Source: Camelus ferus
Lineage: Eukaryota
DNA length: 64,000 nt
NCBI RefSeq assembly: GCF_009834535.1
Contig: NC_045697.1
Coordinates: 48,424,001-48,488,000 of the forward strand
Direction: 5' to 3'
Position numbers and translations under genes: made by a program. Under the pieces are notes generated by a model, which made no database searches, had not been told where the DNA came from, and was given only the letters and a program-made list of their open reading frames with translations. Shown piece by piece: positions 49,495 through 59,837 of this stretch (positions within the stretch are counted from its first letter, which is position 1; every line of letters starts with the position of its first letter).

Positions 49495-51290
49495 TTAAAG
49501 TATGTACTGGCCTCTTTTGCTCAGCCTTTTTTTTTTCTTTTTTTTTTTTTTTAGTGTAAGATTCATCCATATTATGTCATGTAGTCATAATTAATTTATT
49601 CTCACTGCCACGTATTATTCCATCAAAGGATTTTATTTATCCATTCTGCTATTGATGGTCATTAGAGTCATTTTCTTGTGTATGTCTTTGGTGACATATG
49701 TGTACATTTCTGTTGGGTATGTTCCTAGGGGTGGAATTGCTAGAACTAGACTATGTTTATACTCAGGTTTAGCAAATAACACCAATTGTATTACTTACCA
49801 AAGTTATTCCTCTTTTATAGCGCATTTTTTTTTAACCCCTTACATCAGAGTATGAAAGTCTCAAGTTGCTGTACATCCTCGTCAGCGCTTGGTATTGTCT
49901 GTCTTTTTCATTTTAGTTATTCTGGTGAGTGTGTTACAGTATCACAACACATTGGGTTTTAATTTGCATTTCCTTGATAACTAATGAAATTCAACAGTTT
50001 GTCATGTGCTTATTGGCTATTAGATATTCTCTTTTGGTGACATATCTGTTAAAATCTTTCACCTGGGTTTCTATTGAGTTGCTAAGTTGTTTCCTTAGGA
50101 GTTCTTTCTTTTTCAGGCTCTGTGTTACATATTTTCAGCTCTGTTTGCTTGTTGACTTTTGATGAATAGAAGTTCTTAATTTTTAATGATCTAATTATCA
50201 AAATTCTTTTCCTTTTTGCTTAATCCTTTAAAGAAATGTTTGCCTAAACCAGGGTAATGAAGATAGGATTTTTTTTCCATTTTGGTATGGTATGAATTGT
50301 AGGAGTCAAGAATAATTTTTCTCTATATAGGAAACCAGTACCATTTATTAAAAAAAAAAAGACATTTTCTGCTACTGCCCTGTGATGTACTTTTGTTTTA
50401 AATTAAGTGAGTGCTGTATATGAGTAGATACATTTGTGGGTCAGTTTCTTGCCTCTTTTCTCATCATTGGTCTGTTTGCCTCTCTGTATACCTCACTGCC
50501 TCAGTTATTATAGCGTTGTAGTAACTCTTTGGTGTCATAAACTTTGTTCTTTTTTTTTTTTTTTTTAAGATTGTCTTGGCTATTCTTAGCTCTTTGCTCT
50601 TGCATATGTATTTTTAGATATACTTGTCAATGCTCAAAAAAAATTATGGGGGTTTTGGCTTATTGAATGTATAGATTGATTTGGGGAGAGAATCGACGTA
50701 TTTATGAGTCTTCCAATCCATGAACATGACTATTTCTCCATTTTTCTTTAAAGGTGGTCTTCAGTTTCTTTTAATAGTATTTGGTAATTTAGGTTTATTT
50801 CTGGGTGGTATTTGAGTCTTATTGAGGCTATTACAAATGGTAACATTTTAATTTAATTTTTTTATATACTTGCCTTCTGTATGTTGGTCTATAGAAGTAA
50901 AGTAGATTTTTATATAGACCATACTAAATTAACTTACTAATAGTTTAGTCTTTTGGAAGATTTTCTGTATATTATATACAGTCATGTCAAATGTGAATAA
51001 TAATGGTTTCATTTCGTTCTTTCTAGTTCTTACACTTTCATTTTTCTTGTTTTGCAGAATTAGCTAGGGTCTCCAGAACCCTGCTGGAATCTCTGTGAGG
51101 AGAAATCTTTCAGTCTTTCACCATTGACTGTGATGTTTGCTATGTATGTCTTAGTCATAACCAGACTAAGAAACTCATTTCTTCTGCCTTAGTTTGCTAA
51201 GAGATTTTTCATGAACAGGTGTTGAATTTTTATACGTAATTGGATTTTGTTAACATTTTGGTTAGGATTTTTGTGTCTATGTTTATGGGT
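49250..51290 (-). mobile_element. Ancient L1M fragments in intron 2, with (TG)n at ~49468-49494
   Basis: Antisense L1 3' UTR/ORF2 text, e.g. 'ttttaatttgcatttccttgataactaatg', 'gagtcttccaatccatgaacatg'. Confidence 0.75.
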
Positions 51291-54200
51291 GACTGTTTAG
51301 CAGTCCCCCTTTTTCCTGAAGAGTGCTAAACTCTCCCCTGAACTTACTCTTGCTTTTCAGAGGCTTTCTGCTTAGCCTCTTAGAGCTTTGTCCTTCCTAA
51401 CTTCAGAATCTGATTTAGAAAATAAGGGGAAAATCAGCTGTCACATTCACATCTCGGACCCTCTTCTACTAGGTTCTTGGTTCCTCAAGTTTCCAAATTT
51501 TGTCTCTTGCCTTGTAAGACTCCCAAAAGCTCTGTTGGTTTCTTTGCTCATACTTTCTGCCTCTTGCCATACTCACAGGATGGGCAAATGCCCGAAAAGG
51601 ATAGTTAATGCAGAATGTTGACTCATCTCTTACTATTACTACCTGCTCTCTGGAATCTTGGCTCCTCAAGGCCCAGTTGTCTTAGAAGTTCTGATACCTT
51701 TCTGTTGTTAATAGCTTTTCTAGTTGTTCTCAGCTAGAGTGTAGGTTTGCTGCTACCTACTCAGTCATAGCCAAAAGCAGAAAGGTAATTTTTTGAAGAG
51801 TGACAAGAGATGCTGTGGGAGCACAGGAAGGTACTTAGCCCAACTTGAATTACCAGGAAAAGTGTCTAGTGGGGAGTGACCATTGAAATAGCTCTTAAAG
51901 GGTAAATAAGAGGTAAAAGAGAGAGGAGTATGTTCCAACCAGAGGGAACAGTATTAGCAAAGGAGCAGTGATGTGAAATAGCATGGCAGGAACAAGGAAA
52001 AGCCATAAATACAAGTACTCCCTCTTATAGTATGAATTTTAAGCAGGAAGTGATGGAAGGTGAGTGAGGCTGGAGAGGCAGGTCATAGAGGGATTTGTAT
52101 GCCATGCCTGAGGGATTATGCTTAATATTTAGGTAATGGTAAACCTTACAGAGTTTAAAGCTGGGGAGGATTTGTGTTTAATGATTAGAATAGCAGCATG
52201 TGGAATATAAAGCCCTGTGTTTTGCCATGTTGAATCAAACCATTATAAATTCTCTTTGGGATTAGTCATTCAACCAATTTACTGAACTCTTTTAATGCTG
52301 TTTGAGCAATCCACATAAGAGAAAACAGATCCCTTGATCAGGAAATACTATCTGGGGTACTGCCTGCCTGCTTTCCTCCCTCCTTTCCTCCCTCAAATGG
52401 GATTACTTAGGCATGGAGCTTTATTTTTTAAAGCTATTCTGATGATATCACTGTTGAGTACATGTTTTAACTGACTTGAAAAAAGAGATCTTAGAATCAG
52501 TATCACTTAAGAGTGAGTCAAACTGTAATTTTTTTGTGGGGTTTTTTGGTTATTGTTAGTTTTGGCTAGTGATGATAGTACTAGCCATGCAAGAATGTTT
52601 TCTTGGCCCTGTTCTGAAATTTTTTAATATAAGGTATGTTAAAGTCAAAGATACTGTCATGATCTCTTTCATATCTAATTGTATTATAATCGGTTTAAAA
52701 GAATTATTTATATATGTAATATTTTGTAAATTTGTTTTTTCTGGCATCTTAAAGCATCAAGTATATTTAAAGGTGAGAAAGGACAAAACTAATATTTAAG
52801 TGCTTTCACATTCTGTGTGCTTTACATAAGTTGTGTCATTTAGTTATAACTATGATATGGAAATCTCTGTATAACTGTTCCCTTGTGTTATACCTATACT
52901 TATAGCACATTATGTCCATCTTTTGTGGGACTTCTTACAGTTACATGTTGGCTATTTGTTTAATGTCAAACACCAAATAGTCACTTTATGTAATCTATCA
53001 TCTAAGGGTATTTTTTTCTCCTATATCTCTGACCTGAACGGAGAATAAACAGTGTTCTTATTCCTCATTGCTGTTCTAGATCATTGTTCTTCCACCTCCC
53101 TAAAAGCCTCCCCAGTTTCCTCAGGTGGTATCACTGTCTGCCTCTCTCTCTGTGAATTTTATTTCCTTGTCATTGAATTGTTTGGATGGCTGCCTTAACA
53201 TTACTTTTTAAATTTGTTTTGGCATTTTTAGATAGAAGCTCATCTTGGTAGAAATTTAGTTTCTCTTGAATGCTTAACTTCCATCTAAAAGTTTTGTGAC
53301 TGCCTTCACTTTTGGTCCCCAGGGACCTTTAGTGGCCCCTAGTCCAGCTCTTAAAGAGCACCTCAGGGCTCTGTGGAAAATAGAATACTGTAGAACCAGT
53401 GACCATGTTAAGAGCTTTTTGACCCAGGGTCTAGCTATAGGGCTGTTTCTGCTTCCTCTCACCTCTGGAGAAGCCATAACTTCAGGTAGTATTTTGCCCG
53501 CTTTTGCAGACTGCTTTTGTGAAAGAGAGAATCTTAACTCCTGGCTTTAATAGCTTAACACTAGTTTCCTCTGTCAAGTTGGTTAATAGTCTCTGCAAGA
53601 CATACATTCTGCTCCTAATCTATACACTCAAAACCTGTCGAGCCCTTAGCTTCAGTCCCATGAACTATTTTGTTTCTTTTTGATTCATTGAATTGTATCA
53701 CTGATTCTCCAGAGCATCTGTTTCTAGCAGTCTTTTCCATCCACTTGGATTTTTATTTGCAAGTCTGAGGAGCTTAACAAGTTCCTGCCTCCAGGTTGAC
53801 ATCATTCTTATCCTTCAGAGTAAAGTTCACAGGCTTTAAATACTTGTTTCTTTTCCTTGTCTTACAAATGATCACCCCCTTCCCTCACTTTTTAACTCTT
53901 AAGATACAAGTTACTTGCTGTCTCCTCTAAGAACGTTTTACTCTCCTCCCGCACTGGGCCAGGTACCCTTCCTGTGTGCTCCCCTAGTGCCCTGTGCATA
54001 ACTCTATTTTAATGCTTACCATATTTTATTGACATTTTCTTATTATTTGCCTCACCATGAGACTTTTAAGTTTTGAAGTTTAAACAGGGAGTGTTTCATT
54101 CATCATTGCATTCCCATGACCTATCATATGTTCAACACTTAATATTTATTAATATGAATTGAATTAAATGTCTTGATTGTCAGATTTTTCACATTACTGT

Positions 54201-55461
54201 TCATAGTCTTAACACCAGCTTGGTGGTAATATGTAAATATAAGAGGTTATAAACCATCTTTATCTAATTTTCTTGTCAGTATTTCTTATGCGGTATTCTA
54301 GGGTCAATCTTTTTTTTTTTTTTAAGAAAGGAATTCACCAGCAGGTGAATATATGGCACTTAACCTTCTAAAATACCAGTTATAACTGAGTTTAGAGTTA
54401 AATGTAAAAATTAGATGTGTGATTAGTTGATTTGACCAACACAGAGAAACACTTTACTTTCCTGTGCCAAAGCTGAAAATTGAAAGAAAGAGAAGCTGGA
54501 ATAAAATAAGGGAAACTAGTCAATGCAATGGCAGAGGTAATAATGAGCACCAAGTCATGTATTTCTCACAACACTAAAGGAAGCCAAGACGAAGGAGAGA
54601 AGAAATTCCAACTGAAATACCTGTTTAAGGCAATGTATTGCCAAAGATGTACAACCCTTCATGGTTTAATAGTTCTTACTGCATCTCTCTGTGATATAGA
54701 AATTAATTTCATAAAGTTGACCCTGAGTGATCAGGGAAGAGGTTTAAGCTGTGATCTCTATACTTTCTGAGAAATGAGATAAGTAATATATTTTTAAGAG
54801 ATTTCCATCAAAAATGGTTATGATGATAAAGTCTGCAGTACATAGATTAAGCCTTTACTTGTCTGGAACCCTCATATTGAAAATAGTCTTTTCCACTAAT
54901 CATAGAGTCATTTCTGTACTTGTTGTCTTTACCTGGCAGAAGAGTACTTACATGGATCTGTTTTGTATATTAGTGGTAGATTAAATATTACTAGGTTGGT
55001 TTTGTTTTGTTTTTTTATGGTACCTGCAAAACTCAGGAGTAAAGGTATCTAAATCATTCATTATTGCTTTGAAGTGTGTATCTTTTGAAAATTAAGCCTA
55101 TACTCAGTAGTTAAAAATAATATATAGGAAGATTAAAACACCAATAATGTTCAGTGTTTGTGTAGTAATCTCTCCAGTGGTAAGTTAGTTCAGGTTAATT
55201 TCCCCTTCAGTATTCTTTCATCATTTTTAAATATGTAATTTGTCCATTTTCCCTGGTATCTTTCATTCATTCCTGTTGACTTTAGTTTTGTTTTTAATAG
55301 GCTAGCATTTTGTTACCATAGCCTGTTTGTATTTCTAAAGATAGTTTAATGGCTGTTTGCTGCCTTAGAAAAAAGTTCACTATATTTTCTTATTCTCAAG
55401 AATTGGGGAAACTTAATTCCAAAATTACTATAGTTGATAATAGTGTTAGCTAAACTTTAAA

Positions 55462-55627
55462 GGGGGAGGGTATAGCTCAAGTGGTAGAGCACATGCTTAG
55501 GATGCATGAGGTCCTGGGTCCAGTCCCCAGTACCTCCTCTAAGAATTAATAAATAAATAAATCTGATTTACTCCCCCTACCTCCACCTACCTACCTACCT
55601 ACCTACCTACCTACCTACCTACCTACC

Positions 55628-55686
<59 letters not shown>

Positions 55687-55688
55687 AT
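55462..55688 (+). mobile_element. tRNA-Ala-derived SINE (Vic-1-like) with (ACCT)n(AAAT)n tail
   Basis: 'gggggagggtatagctcaagtggtagagcacatgcttaggatgcatgaggtcctgggtccagtccccagtacctcc' followed by tetranucleotide arrays. Confidence 0.9.
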
Positions 55689-55979
55689 ATTATTCCCTGA
55701 AAACCCCAGTTTAAATAAAGTATAGATACATGGTGAGATGACATATTGGATGTTGATATTAAATGCTGTAACTAGTTCATAAAATTTTATCTTCATTTAT
55801 CTCAAGTTTGATAGATTTTGAGTAAACTTAAAAACATTTTTTTAACATATAAATACATATTCCATAGCATTTGCTAACCTTTTATAAGCAAGAATTGGAA
55901 ACATATCCTTGATGATATTTGTTCTCTCATATCCTTGTTTACTTGTTCTCTTTTATTTTTGTTTTTTGTTTCCTTATAG

Positions 55980-56108
55980 AATGTTTCTCCATCCCAGAGA
56001 GATGAAGTGATTCAGTGGCTGGCCAAACTCAAGTACCAATTCAATCTTTACCCAGAAACATTTGCACTGGCTAGTAGTCTTTTGGACAGGTTCTTAGCTA
56101 CTGTAAAG
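55980..56108 (+). CDS. CCNI: Cyclin I exon 3 (codons 39-81, start of cyclin box)
   Basis: NVSPSQRDEVIQWLAKLKYQFNLYPETFALASSLLDRFLATVK; AG/GT boundaries, 129 nt. Confidence 0.97.
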
Positions 56109-57529
56109 GTAAATATTGTAGAATACAATTACATACAACTTCTTGTTTGAGGACTTATATGTTACACCAGAGGCTATTAGTAAAACATTCTACAAAGTGG
56201 AAGGGAGTGGAAAACCTTCCTGGAGATGATATACTTACAAGTGTATATATACTTATAATATATCTATACTTAAATATATATGTATATACTTATAAGAAGA
56301 CATGTCTTCTGCTTCTGCTTTAAGTTTTTGAAATGTATCTAATTATATTCTGTAATTTTCTTTTGGCTACAAGTATTTATAACTTAACCTATGAAATTTT
56401 TGATCTCTTGATTTTAATACAAACCCTGTAGCATTGGCAGAATGTTCAGTCTTTTTTTTTTTAAATGAAAGAGTTGTCATCTTTTTAACACATTGGATAC
56501 TAGTTGTGAATAGTGAATCAGATTAGAAAAGTATAAGCCTATTGCATATTTTTCTCTGTCACTACTTATTTTTTGAATCCCTTTTGTGTAGCTTTCTTAA
56601 TATATAAATTCTTTGTAGAGGCATACATTTGGAGCACAGGATGAATTGAACTGTTATAAATAACTGGTATATTTTTGTTAAATGGCAGCATTACGAATAA
56701 ATTTTATGTTGTCCCTGTTGGTATATATCATTGGTTATATTATGCGAAATCTGTCATAGTAGGCCTTCAACAGATTTAAAGCAGGAAGTCAGAATTTATT
56801 TAATGGCAAGGCATGAAAAGGTAGAAAAGCAATTCAGTTGTCATTTGTATGCCTAGGAATATGTAAGCTGCAGGAACTATGAGTTCAGTGCTGAGTGTAC
56901 TGTATTCTTTGTTATTAGGTCTAAAAAAATAGAAGCCATAGAATTATGGAGTGGAGGACTTTGGCTGGCCACTCAGTTACCTTTTTGTTTCAAACTTCTA
57001 CTCTTGAGGGACTTGAAACTTTAATTATAATGATACTAATTTTATAATGATATTAATTGCCTGAAGTCTGGGTTATCTGAGATGCCTATATTTATCTCTG
57101 CATCAAGTCCTCCCTCCCTTCTCCCCATTCCCCTACTATATCTAGACTCCCTTTCACAGAAGATGCATTTAAAGTTAGTGTCCTTTCTTGAGTTTTATAT
57201 TCTTTAAAAATTTTGATGGACTTGTAGCTTTTATCATAGAAAAGATTTTTACTGGCATTATTAAGCATTTTAAACAGATTTGTGGAAGTTTCTGGAACAA
57301 TTAGAGAATTTTGCCAAGTGAAATCTCATTTTTTTTCGTATTTCTTACTTAATGGGCCTTCTGTTAGTTACTAGCATCAGATACTCTTACTTAGAGATGG
57401 TTAATCTACATTGAAACAATTCATCTAAAATGTATTCATAGTTTAAAGGTGCTTAAAGCAGACCATAGAAGTGCTGCACAGTGAGTGGAGCCTCAATCCC
57501 AGCTGTGCGGAAGAAGGTGCTATGAAATT

Positions 57530-57663
57530 CTTTAAAAGTGTAGACCCTGAGCCCTATCCCAGACCTCCTGGATCTGAATCCAGGTGAGATCTGGATATCT
57601 GTATTTAAAGAAACAAAAACTACATAGATGATTCTGATGTACATATGGGATTGAGAACTACTG
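57530..57663. mobile_element. MER5-like DNA transposon fragment
   Basis: 'cccagacctcctggatctgaatc...gattctgatgtac...ttgagaactactg'. Confidence 0.6.
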
Positions 57664-58933
57664 TTTGTTTAAAACAGACATATTTGCTGTTGGGAGTCTT
57701 TTTAGCACTAAATTTAGTATTGGTGTCCTTGATTTAGGGGCTGTATTGCCTACCCAAAGTTGTTAACTGTTGGACTTCTTTCTTTGTAATGGACTCTGAT
57801 TACCTCAGGGATATGGTTTTGATATGTTGTATACACAGGGAAATAAGGGAGCCTGGAAAACTGTCTTAACAACAGGATCTGACTTCACTTCTGTTTTCTC
57901 ACCTATAAAAGAAGATATAACACGTGGTACTTATGGGAGTGCTTTCTAAACCACAATATTCTGATTAATATTAATGATTATTTTAAAATATTGATAGTAT
58001 TGAACTAGCTTTTATTTCTCATACAGGCAGGCAATTGAAAGATACCTAGATAGTATGCCAGCTATACTAAGGCAGTCGTTATTGGTTGGCATGTTTATTA
58101 AATAATTAATCAAGGCTGTACTCTGGTCATCAGAAGCCTTCCCCAATTTCACAGAAATACAATATTTAAGTATAAAATAAATGTTGAAACAGCTTTACCT
58201 CTGTATCATTCAATATAATTGGACTAAATTGTTTTAATTATTTAAAACTGTATTCTGATTCTAGGTTCCAAACCTTTATTCTACCAATAAGGTAGAAAGT
58301 GGACCTACTTTATTATAGATAAGGAAAATAGGCAAATTAAAGTCGCACATGGGTGTCAAACCCAAGGAAGGAGGTTTTTTCACCCATAAATTGATTCTAG
58401 GTGTATTTAGGAGCCTTTCATTCTTGTCATGGAACTTGAATATATAATTTTTGGGGTAAACAATTAATTAGAATATTTCATCTGCTAGCATCCTGTAATT
58501 TTTTAAAGCATTTGGAATATATTAATAGCCCTCTTGTTATAGTCCTGTCTTTTTAATTCCTCTAATGCCATTTATTAATTGTACTGATACGGCAGATAAA
58601 GAGAATAAAACTAGCTTAAAAAATACACATATAAATACATTTTTAATTTGGGGAATTTTATTAAATTAAAGAGTTCTTCTAAAATCAAGCTCCTCTGCTG
58701 TTGAACTTCCAGCAATGAAATAGTCTTAGTTTGCATAGAGTATAATATGGCTAGGGTTGTGAAGTTAAACGTTGGCTTTGATCTTAGAAAGCATTGAGTA
58801 GGAATCAGATTAATTGAATTCCATACAATTGTGTGCATACTTCTCTCATCTGCATATCTAGTTTAAAAAAAATAAACTGTCTTATCTTTTTGCAGAATCA
58901 CTGAAGTTGCTTTTTCCCTGTTCCCCATTTTAG

Positions 58934-59008
58934 GCCCACCCAAAATACTTGAGTTGTATTGCAATCAGCTGTTTTTTCCTAGCTGCCAAGACTGTTGAGG
59001 AGGACGAG
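58934..59008 (+). CDS. CCNI: Cyclin I exon 4 (codons 82-106)
   Basis: AHPKYLSCIAISCFFLAAKTVEEDE; AG/GT boundaries, 75 nt. Confidence 0.97.
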
Positions 59009-59161
59009 GTAAATATTTTGCATTAAAGATTAGTCGTGTCTCTTTTGAAATTTTTGTCCATTTATTAACTTGCTTTCTGTTTACCAAAACAAAAACTGAA
59101 AAAATGAGTTTATTTTTTTCTGTCCTATTCTCCCTGCCTTATTCCCCTTTTCTTTGGATAG

Positions 59162-59302
59162 AGAATTCCAGGACTGAAGGTGTTGGCAAGAGATAGTTTC
59201 TGTGGATGTTCTTCATCCGAAATTCTGAGGATGGAGAGAATTATTCTGGATAAGTTGAATTGGGATCTTCATACAGCCACACCATTGGATTTTCTTCACA
59301 TT
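59162..59302 (+). CDS. CCNI: Cyclin I exon 5 (codons 107-153)
   Basis: [47 protein letters not shown]; 141 nt. Confidence 0.96.
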
Positions 59303-59606
59303 GTAAATATACCTGAAGTCTTTTAATTTCCTATTTGACTATGTAGTCCTATTTCAGTAACTTGAAAAGTAGATTGCCCACTCATGTATTCTGATTTTTA
59401 AGGAAAAGAAAATTATTGTACTTAGCCAAGGAAAAACTAGAAACTATGATATATGTCAAATCACTGAAGCAAAAATTGCAAATAGTAATTGAGTAGTACT
59501 TTAGGAGGTTACATCAGTTTCTGTACATAGCTTACCTAGACATTTAAGTAAAACTAGAATGATGCTCTTGTGATTTTTAAAATTTTTTAATTTTTAATTT
59601 TTTTAG

Positions 59607-59837
59607 TTCCATGCCATTGCAGTGTCAACTAGGCCTCAGTTACTTTTTAGTCTGCCCAAACTGAGCCCATCTCAACATTTGGCTGTCCTTACCAAGCAAC
59701 TACTTCACTGTATGGCCTGCAACCAACTTCTGCAATTCAAAGGATCCATGCTTGCTCTGGCCATGATTAGTTTGGAAATGGAGAAACTCATTCCTGATTG
59801 GCTTCCTCTTACAATTGAACTGCTTCAGAAAGCACAG
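59607..59837 (+). CDS. CCNI: Cyclin I exon 6 (codons 154-230); final coding exon is outside the window
   Basis: FHAIAVSTRPQLLFSLPKLSPSQHLAVLTKQLLHCMACNQLLQFKGSMLALAMISLEMEKLIPDWLPLTIELLQKAQ; donor CAG|GTAGGT. Confidence 0.97.

Noticed and set aside
55586..55688. Tandem arrays as CRISPR-like repeats (also 32229-32326)
   Set aside because: No unique spacers or cas genes; these are eukaryotic simple or LTR repeats
59009..59161. 153-nt intron (multiple of 3) as a possible in-frame retained intron
   Set aside because: In-frame TAA at its sixth codon
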